A DNA stretch of 64,000 bases, from NCBI GenBank assembly GCA_023475565.1, contig JAMCVT010000104.1, positions 11,486-75,485 of the forward strand. The letters run 5' to 3'. The position numbers and the translations under genes are program-made. Positions within the stretch are counted from its first letter, which is position 1. The number at the start of each line of letters is the position of its first letter. The DNA is from Actinomycetota bacterium (GTDB taxonomy: Bacteria; Bacillota; Desulfotomaculia; Desulfotomaculales; Desulfocucumaceae). Shown here one piece after another: positions 19,509-28,330 of the stretch. The notes under the pieces are model-generated. The model was not told where the DNA came from and ran no database searches. It was given only the letters and a program-made list of their open reading frames with translations.

Positions 19509-20108
19509 CTATTTTGGCGATACCCGGCCCAGGTAATAGCCACCCAGGAATATGGTGACGATTACTATAAAATGAAAGACTGCCCATCCGCTTTTCCCAT
19601 AGCGGAAAAGCTCACTGTCAAGCGGTTTTCTCAGGTGGGCCGGGATTATAAGACCCCCCGCCCACTCAAAAAGCAGGAGGAATATCCACCACCAGGTGTA
19701 AGAGGCCCAGAAATTCCACATAGGTTGGTACACTATCAGCTTGGTGTTAAGTCTGGCCAGTGTTTCGGCAGTCATCCCCAGGTGGACGACGGCCCAGTAA
19801 AAAGGTATTTTACCGGCCCAGACCCTGGGGCTGTACCTTACTCCTGCCAGGACAATAAAGGGGAATACCGTCAGAATGGCGATAAAGGGCATCCTCCCTT
19901 CTATCCCCGGTATAAGCACCTTGGGGAAGGTGTAAAAATTAAGTTTGATAAAAATGTAGCACAATATATTTCCAATGACCCCGGTCAGTATAAAAAGAAG
20001 CCCGTATCTTTTCCAGTCCAGCCTCAGTATGGGGTACGCCGCGGCCAGGCTCAGTGCAACCGATGACAGTAAAATTATTCTATCCCTGTCCCATTGAAAC
20101 TCCAGCAT
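19509..20108 (-). CDS. multi-pass membrane protein (possibly CBO0543 family)
   Basis: 199-aa hydrophobic ORF. The family assignment is from memory only. Confidence 0.5.
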   Translation of the reverse strand: MLEFQWDRDRIILLSSVALSLAAAYPILRLDWKRYGLLFILTGVIGNILCYIFIKLNFYTFPKVLIPGIEGRMPFIAILTVFPFIVLAGVRYSPRVWAGKIPFYWAVVHLGMTAETLARLNTKLIVYQPMWNFWASYTWWWIFLLLFEWAGGLIIPAHLRKPLDSELFRYGKSGWAVFHFIVIVTIFLGGYYLGRVSPK

Positions 20109-20202
20109 GGCATAATCCCCTTCGCACCTGTCGTTTTGGAGCTAATTTGAATTATTTATATGTCTATTGAGGGAAAATAACCAAAAACACGGAGGATTAT
20201 TC

Positions 20203-21156
20203 ATGGGCAGCACTGTTGTCCGGGTGGAGGGGCGTGAGGTCAGGCTTTCCAACCTGGAAAAGGTTTTCTGGCCGGAGGGAATCACCAAGGAGCAGTTGGT
20301 GGGGTATTACTCGGACATTGCCCCGGTGGTCATACCCCACCTGCGGAACCGGCCCCTGGTCATGAAAAGGTATCCGGACGGAATTGACGGGGAGTCATTC
20401 TATCAAAAGGAGTGCCCCGATTACGCCCCGGACTGGATCGAGACCTACCCGGTCAGCCACTCGGAAAAGAATATAAACTATATTGTCTGCAATGACGCGG
20501 CCACCCTTGTCTGGCTGGCCAACCAGGCCTGCATAGAAATCCATGCCTGGCTCTCGGTACTGGATAATGTTGAGTGCCCGGACATAGCGGTTATGGATCT
20601 GGACCCTTCGGAAGGAGTGCCCTTTGACGATGTTATGGACGTCGCCCTTCTCTGCAGGAGGGCGCTGGAGGAATACGGCCTCAAACCCTTTGCCAAGACA
20701 TCGGGGGCCAGTGGGCTGCACATTTTTGTCCCCATCGAGAGCAGCTATCCCTTCCGCACAGTGACACTGGCCATGCAGCATGTGGCCGAACTGATTACCG
20801 GGGTGTACCCTGCCAAGGCTACGGTGGAAAGGGCGGTGGCCAAAAGAACCGGGAAGATCTACCTGGATTACCTGCAAAATGCCAGGGGAAGGACTATGGC
20901 CTTCCAGTACAGCCTCAGGCCCCTGCCCGGCGCCCCGGCTTCCACCCCCCTGCTGTGGGAGGAGATAGAAGGGAGGCGGGTAAATCCGGGTTTGTTCAAC
21001 ATCAACACTATTTTTCAGAGGATTGATAAATACGGTGACCTGCTGGGGGATATGCGGGGCCACAGGCGGTCCCTGGCCGGGCTGCTGTCGGCGGCGGGCT
21101 ATAAGGGCAGGACCGGGGAAACCACCGCCGGTGTATATGCCGGTGCTCATCCCTGA
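20203..21156 (+). CDS. ligD: LigD polymerase/primase domain protein (stand-alone)
   Basis: VRLSNLEKVFWPE, VMKRYPDGI and LDLDP...SGASGLHIFVP are typical of LigD PolDom. ATG 20203 follows GGAGG. Confidence 0.88.
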   Translation: MGSTVVRVEGREVRLSNLEKVFWPEGITKEQLVGYYSDIAPVVIPHLRNRPLVMKRYPDGIDGESFYQKECPDYAPDWIETYPVSHSEKNINYIVCNDAATLVWLANQACIEIHAWLSVLDNVECPDIAVMDLDPSEGVPFDDVMDVALLCRRALEEYGLKPFAKTSGASGLHIFVPIESSYPFRTVTLAMQHVAELITGVYPAKATVERAVAKRTGKIYLDYLQNARGRTMAFQYSLRPLPGAPASTPLLWEEIEGRRVNPGLFNINTIFQRIDKYGDLLGDMRGHRRSLAGLLSAAGYKGRTGETTAGVYAGAHP

Positions 21157-21188
21157 TAAGGGCGCTAAAAACAAAAATTTTCGGTAAG

Positions 21189-22364
21189 GTGCAGGAAAAC
21201 AGGCGGCTCCCCCCGAAGTCCCTTCTGATAATATATGGAAGAAGTTGCCGGGAAGTGGTTTTCGTGGATGAAAAGGAATGCTATTTAGGCTGGCAGATGC
21301 TTTTGCCCGGAGCAGCCAAAAGGGTATGGCACCTTTTTGATCGCTTCGGCTCCCCTGCTGATGCCTGGAGGTCCACCGAGAAGCAGCTGGTAACAGTCGG
21401 AGGTTTTACCCCGGACGGGGCCAGGGAGCTTGTTTTACGGAGAAGGGCAATCAATCCCGAGGCCGAAATGGCTTTCCTGGAAAAGAAAGAGGTATCCTTT
21501 CTTTCATATAGCGACCCGGGTTATCCGGATTTGCTTAAAAAAATATTCGACCCCCCGCCGGGCCTTTTTGTAAAAGGAGAACTGACTGGCAGTGGAATGC
21601 AGGCCGTCGCTATTGTGGGGTCCCGCCGGGCTACCCGCTATGGCCTGGCCGTGGCTGAAAAACTGGCCGGGGAACTGGCCGGCTCCGGGGTCACGGTGGT
21701 CAGCGGCCTGGCCAGGGGTATAGATACGGCGGCCCACCAGGGGGCGCTGGCCGCAGGCGGGCGGACTGCGGCAGTGCTGGGCTGCGGGGTGGACGTGGGC
21801 TATCCGGCGGCCAACCGGAAGCTGAAGGATGAAATAGTTATGGCCGGGGCGGTGATCAGTGAGTTCCCCCTGCAGACCACACCCCAGCCCTGGCATTTTC
21901 CTATCAGGAACCGTATTGTCAGCGGCCTTTCCAGCGGGGTTGTCATAGTAGAGTGCGCCGAAAAGAGCGGCGCTTTGATAACCGCTGATTTTGCCCTGGA
22001 GCAGGGCCGGGAGGTAATGGCCGTGCCGGGCAATATAACCTCGGAAATGAGCCGGGGTCCCAACATGCTTATAAGGCAGGGGGCCAGGCCGGTGGAGAAT
22101 GCGGGGGATGTGCTGGAGGAACTGGGGCTGGACCGGCTGTTCAGGGTGGCAAGGCCTGAGGCGCCGGCGGTCAGGGTAAGCCCCGAGGAGGAGGCCGTGA
22201 ACAATACACTTTCCAATGATCCGGTTACTCTTGACCACATTGTGGAGCGGTCCGGACTGGCCGCCCAAAAAGCCCTGGCCGCCCTCACCTTTCTTGAAAT
22301 GAAAGGCTTTGCCCGCCAGCTTCCCGGCAGGCTTTACGTTAGTTCCGGAAAAAGGTTTCAATAA
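21189..22364 (+). CDS. dprA: DNA-processing protein DprA/Smf
   Basis: AIVGSRRATRYG and GLARGIDTAAHQGAL motifs plus a C-terminal winged helix. The true start is probably the internal GTG near 21264. Confidence 0.9.
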   Translation: MQENRRLPPKSLLIIYGRSCREVVFVDEKECYLGWQMLLPGAAKRVWHLFDRFGSPADAWRSTEKQLVTVGGFTPDGARELVLRRRAINPEAEMAFLEKKEVSFLSYSDPGYPDLLKKIFDPPPGLFVKGELTGSGMQAVAIVGSRRATRYGLAVAEKLAGELAGSGVTVVSGLARGIDTAAHQGALAAGGRTAAVLGCGVDVGYPAANRKLKDEIVMAGAVISEFPLQTTPQPWHFPIRNRIVSGLSSGVVIVECAEKSGALITADFALEQGREVMAVPGNITSEMSRGPNMLIRQGARPVENAGDVLEELGLDRLFRVARPEAPAVRVSPEEEAVNNTLSNDPVTLDHIVERSGLAAQKALAALTFLEMKGFARQLPGRLYVSSGKRFQ

Positions 22365-22468
22365 AAAAAGAGATCATTTTGCATGAATTGGCAAATCCGA
22401 TCATATTTTAAAATCAAGTTTTTCAGACTATAATACCGTTACGGTGATAGAAAATTGAGGTGTATTGT

Positions 22469-24784
22469 TTGGAAAAAACACTTGTGATTGTTGAATCCCC
22501 GGCCAAGGCCAAGAGCATTGGCAAGTTCTTGGGCAGCAAGTACTTTGTCAAGGCCTCGATGGGCCACATAAGGGACTTGCCCAAAAGCCAGTTCGGGGTT
22601 GACCCCGATAAGGGCTTTGAGCCCAAGTACATTGCCATCAGGGGAAAGGGCGACATAATAAAGGAGCTGAGGACTGCGGTAAAGAAGGCCGGCCGGGTGC
22701 TTCTGGCCTCCGACCCTGACCGGGAAGGAGAGGCCATAGCCTGGCACCTGCAGCACCTGCTCGGGCTTGATCCCGGTCAGAAATGCCGTATAGAGTTTAA
22801 TGAGATTACCAAAAACGCAGTCTTAAGCGCGGTAAAAAACCCCAGGCCCATAGACGGAAACAGGGTCAACGCCCAGCAGGCCAGACGCATACTGGACAGG
22901 CTGGTGGGGTATAACTTAAGCCCCCTGCTCTGGAAAAAGGTAAAAAAGGGCTTAAGCGCCGGGCGCGTCCAGTCTGTGGCGGTACGCCTCATCTGCGACC
23001 GGGAGGAAGAAATAGATTCCTTTATCCAGGAGGAATACTGGACTCTGACAGCCATGCTGGCCAGGGGAAAGGAAGCCTTTGAAGCCAGGCTGCACAGGAT
23101 AGGGGACCGGAAGGCGGACATACCCAGCGAGGCCAGGGTGAATGAAATACAGGACGACCTGAAGGGCAAGAGCTTTGTGGTGGCCAGGGTGGTCCGCAAG
23201 GAAAAGCTTCGCCAGCCTCCGGCGCCGTTCATCACCAGCAGCCTTCAGCAGGAGGCGTACCGGAAGCTTAATTTTGCCGCCAGGAAGACCATGTCTGTGG
23301 CCCAGCAGCTTTACGAGGGTATAGACCTTGGTAAAGACGGGCCTTCCGGACTTATAACCTATATAAGGACCGATTCCACCAGGGTTTCCGATACCGCCCG
23401 GCAGGAGGCGGCCGATTTTATAAGCAGGCGCTATGGGAAGGAATATTTAGGGAGCGGAGTGAGACCGTCTGCCGCTCCCAAGGGAAAGATACAGGATGCC
23501 CACGAGGCCGTCAGGCCTACCTCGGTAGATAAAGAGCCGGAATTGGTAAAGGCTTTCCTGACCAATGACCAGTACAGGCTTTACAGGCTGGTCTGGGATA
23601 GGTTTATGGCCAGCCAGATGAGCCCGGCGGTAATCGACACCACCAGCGTGGACATTAAGGCCGGTGATTACACCTTCCGGGCCACCGGGTCCATTATAAA
23701 ATTTAACGGCTACATGAGGGTATATACTGAAGCCAGGGACGAGGGGCCGGAAGAGGAAGACAACCGGACCCTGCCCCAGCTTGCCGGGGGGGACCGGCTG
23801 GAGAAGAAGGCCCTTGTTCCGAAGCAGCACTTTACCCAGCCGCCTCCCCGGTATTCCGATGCCACTCTGATCAAGGCCCTGGAGGAAAAGGGCATCGGAC
23901 GGCCCAGCACCTACGCCCCCATTGTGGAAACAATCCAGAAGCGCGGGTACGTGGTGAAGGAGAAAAAACAGTTTTATCCCACCGAGCTGGGTATGGTGGT
24001 GGTGAATTTACTCAAAGAATATTTCAGAGACATTATTGATGTTGAATTTACCGCCGCCATGGAAGATAAGCTGGACAATATAGAAGAGGGTGACATCGAG
24101 TGGGTGGGGGTGCTGAGAGAATTTTACCTGCCCTTCAGGGAGATACTGACCAGAGCCGAGAAGGAGATTGGACATGTCGACCTGGCCGATGAGGTCACTG
24201 ACGAGCTGTGTGAAAACTGCTCCCGGAACCTGGTGATTAAGATGGGCCGCTACGGCAAGTTTCTGGCCTGCCCCGGTTTTCCCGAGTGCAGGTACACCAG
24301 GCCTTTGCTGGAGCCTACCGGGGTCAAGTGCCCCCAGTGCTCCGGGGAACTGGTATTAAGGAGAAGCAAGAAGGGGAGGACCTTTTACGGGTGCAGCTCA
24401 TACCCGGACTGCCAGTTTACCGTGTGGGACCGCCCTTCCCAGGAAAAGTGCCCTGATTGCGGCGGGATGATGGTTTACAAAAAATACAAGGGTAAAGAAA
24501 CGCTCAAATGTTCGAACCCGGACTGCGGGACCCAGGATAAAAAGGCCGACACCGTGGAAAAGGTCCGCAAGGTCCCGGCCAGGGAAGCCGGAAAAGCCGG
24601 GGCTGACTCTAAAAAAGCCCCCTCCAGGGCAGCCGGAAAGGCCGGGGCGGACCCCAAAAAAGCTCCCTCCAAGGCAGCCGGTAAGGCCGGGGCTGCCAAG
24701 AAGACCAAAAAGGTTACCGGTTCTGCCGGCGGTGAAGGCCCGGGCCAGAAAAAGAACGGCAGCAGGATTGCATCGGGAAGGTAG
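22469..24784 (+). CDS. topA: DNA topoisomerase I
   Basis: TOPRIM VIVESPAKAKSIGKFL, active-site region ITYIRTDS, three CxxC zinc ribbons and a Lys/Ala-rich repeat tail. TTG 22469 follows GAGG; the ORF opens at 22460. Confidence 0.95.
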   Translation: MEKTLVIVESPAKAKSIGKFLGSKYFVKASMGHIRDLPKSQFGVDPDKGFEPKYIAIRGKGDIIKELRTAVKKAGRVLLASDPDREGEAIAWHLQHLLGLDPGQKCRIEFNEITKNAVLSAVKNPRPIDGNRVNAQQARRILDRLVGYNLSPLLWKKVKKGLSAGRVQSVAVRLICDREEEIDSFIQEEYWTLTAMLARGKEAFEARLHRIGDRKADIPSEARVNEIQDDLKGKSFVVARVVRKEKLRQPPAPFITSSLQQEAYRKLNFAARKTMSVAQQLYEGIDLGKDGPSGLITYIRTDSTRVSDTARQEAADFISRRYGKEYLGSGVRPSAAPKGKIQDAHEAVRPTSVDKEPELVKAFLTNDQYRLYRLVWDRFMASQMSPAVIDTTSVDIKAGDYTFRATGSIIKFNGYMRVYTEARDEGPEEEDNRTLPQLAGGDRLEKKALVPKQHFTQPPPRYSDATLIKALEEKGIGRPSTYAPIVETIQKRGYVVKEKKQFYPTELGMVVVNLLKEYFRDIIDVEFTAAMEDKLDNIEEGDIEWVGVLREFYLPFREILTRAEKEIGHVDLADEVTDELCENCSRNLVIKMGRYGKFLACPGFPECRYTRPLLEPTGVKCPQCSGELVLRRSKKGRTFYGCSSYPDCQFTVWDRPSQEKCPDCGGMMVYKKYKGKETLKCSNPDCGTQDKKADTVEKVRKVPAREAGKAGADSKKAPSRAAGKAGADPKKAPSKAAGKAGAAKKTKKVTGSAGGEGPGQKKNGSRIASGR

Positions 24785-24808
24785 TTGTGGCTTATGGGTA
24801 GTAACTAT

Positions 24809-25066
24809 GGTCAGAATACAGGAGACAGAATACAGGAGACAGGAGTTTTTGCAAGTTATGCCCTGAGGTTATAAATTCCTCATTACTGTGGCATTAAAAG
24901 ATTTATTTCAATTATCCGCAAACTGCACCATTAGAGGTAGAGAGTAGATTCCCTCTAGGCTACAGAGCACGGAGGCTTAAGGCCTGACTAATATGCTTTT
25001 GGCAACTTATAAGGCTGCCTGGAAATTCTGTCTACTGTCTCCTGTCTACTGTCTACTGTCTACTGG
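24809..25066. repeat. heptad-armed element, variant copy E3 (CAGGAGA/CAGAATA versus CTGTCTA heptads)
   Basis: The left arm is GGTCAGAATACAGGAGACAGAATACAGGAGACAGGAG, and the right arm is ATTCTGTCTACTGTCTCCTGTCTACTGTCTACTGTCTACTGG. The centre edges TTTTTGCAAGTTATGCCCTGAGG and CTTATAAGGCTGCCTGGAAATTCTG are homologous to E5. Confidence 0.85.
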
Positions 25067-25084
25067 CGCAACAGGAGGTTTGTT

Positions 25085-26410
25085 TTGGATTATATAACCG
25101 TTGTGGGCGCCGGCCTGGCCGGGTCGGAGGCTGCCTGGCAGGCGGCCCGGCTTGGCGTAAGGGTAAGGCTGTATGAAATGAGGCCTGTACAAACCACCCC
25201 GGCCCACCGGACCGGAGGCTTTGCCGAGCTGGTCTGCAGCAATTCGCTGCGCTCAGCCTCGCTGGAGAATGCGGTGGGGCTGCTGAAGGAAGAAATGCGC
25301 AGGCTGGACTCGCTTATAATGGCGGCGGCGGATCGTCACAGGGTTCCCGCCGGTGGCGCTCTGGCTGTAGACCGGGACCTTTTTTCCTCGGCGGTGACCG
25401 GTGCTCTGGAAGAAAACCCCCTGGTGGAGGTTATCCGGGAGGAAGTAGCTTCTATACCGGAAGGAGGTATAGTTGTGCTGGCCACCGGCCCCCTCACCCC
25501 GGAAACCATGGTGCGGTCCATAAAGGAGCTGACCGGCCAGGAGTATCTTTATTTTTACGATGCTGTAGCTCCCATAGTAACGCTGGAGTCCATCAACCTG
25601 GAAAAGGCTTTCCTCTCCTCCAGGTACGGAAAGGGAGAGGCTGATTACATAAACTGTCCCATGGACAGGGAGGAATATATCAGTTTCCGGGAGGAGCTGG
25701 CCGGGGCCGAAAGAGCCCCCAGAAAGGATTTTGAAAAGGAAGTTAACTTTGAGGGATGTATGCCTATTGAGGTGCTGGCCTCCAGGGGAGAGGACACTAT
25801 GCGCTACGGCCCTTTAAAGCCGGTGGGCCTTACCGACCCGCACACCGGTCAAAGGCCTTACGCCGTGGTCCAGCTGAGGCAGGATAATGCCGCCGGCACC
25901 CTTTACAATATGGTGGGGTTCCAGACCCACCTCAAATGGCCCGAGCAGCAGAGGGTCTTAAGAATGATACCAGGCCTGGAGAAGGCTGAATTTGCCCGCT
26001 ACGGGGTTATGCACCGGAATACGTACATAAACTCTCCGGTGGTGCTGGAGGCCACCTACCAGTGCAGACTGAGGCCCGGGCTGTTCTTTGCCGGGCAGAT
26101 TACCGGGGTGGAAGGCTATGTGGAGTCGGCTTCCTCGGGACTGGTGGCCGGCATAAACGCCGCCCGCCTGCATATGGGAAGAGAACTGCCGGCTTTTCCC
26201 CCGGTGACCGCCCACGGCTCCCTGGCCCGCTATATCACAGGCGCCGACCCGCGCAAGTTTCAGCCTATGAATGTTACCTTCGGCCTTTTCCCTGAGCTGG
26301 AAAGCCACGTAAAGGACCGTAAGGTCAGGAATTCCATGTATGCCGAAAGAGCCCTCGGCAGTCTGGCAGGATTCCTGAAAACCTTAGAGATAAGAGATAT
26401 AGGAAAATAG
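25085..26410 (+). CDS. trmFO: methylenetetrahydrofolate--tRNA-(uracil-5-)-methyltransferase TrmFO
   Basis: [19 protein letters not shown] motif and ELVCSNSLR, with full-length similarity to the family. The TTG start follows AGGAGG. Confidence 0.93.
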   Translation: MDYITVVGAGLAGSEAAWQAARLGVRVRLYEMRPVQTTPAHRTGGFAELVCSNSLRSASLENAVGLLKEEMRRLDSLIMAAADRHRVPAGGALAVDRDLFSSAVTGALEENPLVEVIREEVASIPEGGIVVLATGPLTPETMVRSIKELTGQEYLYFYDAVAPIVTLESINLEKAFLSSRYGKGEADYINCPMDREEYISFREELAGAERAPRKDFEKEVNFEGCMPIEVLASRGEDTMRYGPLKPVGLTDPHTGQRPYAVVQLRQDNAAGTLYNMVGFQTHLKWPEQQRVLRMIPGLEKAEFARYGVMHRNTYINSPVVLEATYQCRLRPGLFFAGQITGVEGYVESASSGLVAGINAARLHMGRELPAFPPVTAHGSLARYITGADPRKFQPMNVTFGLFPELESHVKDRKVRNSMYAERALGSLAGFLKTLEIRDIGK

Positions 26411-26451
26411 ATAATTTCCAAAGGGTTGGCAAGTGAGAGTCACCCTTGCGC

Positions 26452-26496
26452 TTGCGGGGTGAAGGACCGGTAGTCCTGAGGGGCGGCAGCCCCTTC
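26452..26496 (+). repeat. 46-nt conserved motif, copy A
   Basis: TTGCGGGGTGAAGGACCGGTAGTCCTGAGGGGCGGCAGCCCCTTC ends 18 nt before the xerC ATG. Confidence 0.85.
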
Positions 26497-26513
26497 TTAA
26501 TAAGCGAGGGACT

Positions 26514-27440
26514 ATGATTTATCATTATATTGACAGCTATATAAATTACCTGGAGACCGAAAAGAACTGCTCCGGGCACACTGTGTCGGGATATCGCCGG
26601 GATTTGTTTCACGGTGTTGATTTTTTTGCAGGGGCCCTGGGCAGGAAGGATTCTGAACTGCTGCCCGGGGATATTGACGTAAGGCTGATGAGGTCTTACC
26701 TGGGGGACCTGTTTTACAGCGGGCTGGCCAAGACTACCGTTTCCAGACGTCTTTCCGCCTGGAGGTCTTTTTTTCGCTACCTTGGCCGCGAGGGCCTGAT
26801 AGAAAGGAATCCCCTCAAGGGGCTGTCCTCCTTAAAGGCCGGCCGGAGACTTCCCCACTTCCTGTTCCGGGAGGAGTGCGGCGTCCTTATCGAGTCTCCG
26901 GGGGGCGGGAGTCCCCTGCCGCTGAGAGACAGGGCCATTATGGAGGTTTTATACTCCTCCGGCATAAGGGTGGGGGAGTTGGTGAGCCTTGATCTGGAAA
27001 ATGTAAGGCTGAGCGCCGGGGATATTACTGTGATGGGGAAGGGTTCCCGGGAAAGGGTTGCCCCCCTGGGTTCGTATGCGGTCGAGTCACTTAGGCTGTA
27101 TCTGGATGAAGGCAGGCCCAGGCTGGTAAAGGACTCCGGGGAAAGAGCGGTATTCGTAAATTTCCGGGGAGGCAGGATTACTGACCGGGGGGTAAGGAAA
27201 ATAATTAAAAAATATGTGAACCTGCTGGGCCTGCAGAGCACCATCAGCCCCCACACTATGCGCCACACCTTTGCCACCCACATGCTGGACAACGGCGCCG
27301 ATCTGAGGGCGGTCCAGGAAATACTGGGGCACAAAAACCTGTCCACGACACAGATATATACTCATCTGACCAGAGAGCGTCTAAAACAGGTGTACTTAAA
27401 GTCCCATCCCAGGGTTAAAATGAAAAAAGATGAAGGCTGA
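26514..27440 (+). CDS. xerC: tyrosine recombinase XerC
   Basis: The catalytic region is [12 protein letters not shown]...[14 protein letters not shown]. The position after trmFO is conserved in Firmicutes. Confidence 0.92.
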   Translation: MIYHYIDSYINYLETEKNCSGHTVSGYRRDLFHGVDFFAGALGRKDSELLPGDIDVRLMRSYLGDLFYSGLAKTTVSRRLSAWRSFFRYLGREGLIERNPLKGLSSLKAGRRLPHFLFREECGVLIESPGGGSPLPLRDRAIMEVLYSSGIRVGELVSLDLENVRLSAGDITVMGKGSRERVAPLGSYAVESLRLYLDEGRPRLVKDSGERAVFVNFRGGRITDRGVRKIIKKYVNLLGLQSTISPHTMRHTFATHMLDNGADLRAVQEILGHKNLSTTQIYTHLTRERLKQVYLKSHPRVKMKKDEG

Positions 27441-27528
27441 ATGCATTTCAGTATATAGTTCCGCACCGTCAATGTCAGCCGGGGCTGACCCGGCATATGT
27501 ATATAGCCAGGATGAAAGGAAGAGAGCG

Positions 27529-28059
27529 ATGTTTCATGCCACAACCATAGTCGCGGTAAAAAAGGGGGGGTCGGTGGCCATGGCCGGTGACGGCCAGGTA
27601 ACCTTCGGCCAGAATACTATTTTAAAGCACAGGGCCAGGAAGCTTCGCCGCCTGCACAACAACTCGGTGCTGGCCGGCTTCGCGGGGTCTGTGGCCGATG
27701 CCTTTACCCTTTTCGAAAAATTCGAGGGAAAGCTGGAGGCATACAGGGGCAACCTCCAGAGGGCGGCCGTGGAGCTGGCCAAGGACTGGAGAATGGACAG
27801 GGTCCTAAGAAAGCTGGAGGCCCTGCTGATTGTGGCCGACAAGGACAAAATGCTGGTCATCTCCGGAGGTGGAGAGGTCATAGAGCCCGATGACGATATT
27901 GTGGCCATCGGGTCCGGGGGTCCCTATGCCCTGGCCGCGGCCCGGGCCCTGGCCAGGCACACTGACCTGGCGGCTGCCGATATTGCCGGGAAGGCCCTGG
28001 GAATAGCCGCCGAAATATGTGTGTACACCAACAGTGAAATTATTGTTGAGGAGCTTTAA
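27529..28059 (+). CDS. hslV: ATP-dependent protease subunit HslV
   Basis: [14 protein letters not shown] has the N-terminal Thr active site after processing. ATG 27529 lies inside the longer ORF that opens at 27430. Confidence 0.93.
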   Translation: MFHATTIVAVKKGGSVAMAGDGQVTFGQNTILKHRARKLRRLHNNSVLAGFAGSVADAFTLFEKFEGKLEAYRGNLQRAAVELAKDWRMDRVLRKLEALLIVADKDKMLVISGGGEVIEPDDDIVAIGSGGPYALAAARALARHTDLAAADIAGKALGIAAEICVYTNSEIIVEEL

Positions 28060-28063
28060 AAAC

Positions 28064-28311
28064 GCTTATTCTGAAAAAAACCACTGTCGGAATACAGAAT
28101 TCAGAATTCAGAATTCAGATTTCCGGGTTGCCAAAAGTAGTCACCAAGGATAATGAAAATTCGGGTCCTTTTAAGGCCACAGAGGACACAGAGTTATATC
28201 TGCACGACTAATCAGCCTCATAATGACTTATTAGGAATGCCCAAACCATTTTTGAATTCTGACTCCTGACTTCTGACTTCTGTATTCCGACCGGAGGTAA
28301 TGCCCATTAGC
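28064..28311. repeat. heptad-armed element, copy E4 including outer flank modules
   Basis: The modules run GCTTATTCTGAAAAAAACCAC, TGTCGGAATACAGAATTCAGAATTCAGAATTCAGAT, centre, GAATTCTGACTCCTGACTTCTGACTTCTGTATTCCGACCGG, AGGTAATGCCCATTAGC. The element ends 6 nt before the hslU RBS. Confidence 0.9.
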
Positions 28312-28330
28312 TATTTGAGGAGGTTTTGAG

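Noticed and set aside
19443-20066. Plus-strand ORFs antisense to minus-strand genes (19443-20066 opposite the membrane-protein gene, 61436-61843 opposite hicB, 62364-62972 opposite the transposase pseudogene) and the 63130-63387 ORF
   Set aside because: None has an RBS or a recognisable domain. The partners on the other strand have clear family signatures, and 63130-63387 lies in AT-rich non-coding spacer with a low-complexity translation.
24976-24984. AGGCCTGAC inside E3 as a link between the heptad-armed family and the TCAGGCCTGAC repeats flanking the Y1 pseudogene
   Set aside because: It is a 9-nt match, which is expected by chance about once in a window this size, and no other element copy carries it.
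27430-27528. N-terminal extensions offered by the ORF track for hslV (27430), rpsB (30748), rimP (44048), nusA (44707), infB (46514), pyrH (32565) and the LigD polymerase-domain gene (20167)
   Set aside because: In each case an internal ATG or TTG with a properly spaced GGAGG-type RBS reproduces the canonical family N-terminus. The extensions run through repeats, promoters or leader hairpins.
28086-28120. Heptad arms as clustered CodY boxes (AATTCAGAATT versus the consensus AATTTTCWGAAAATT, with codY in the window)
   Set aside because: The half-sites are two bases short on each side, and the variant copies (24809, 31606) lose the AATT context while keeping the period. The resemblance is probably a by-product of the AT-rich heptad. 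It remains testable by CodY ChIP or EMSA, but nothing in the sequence supports it.
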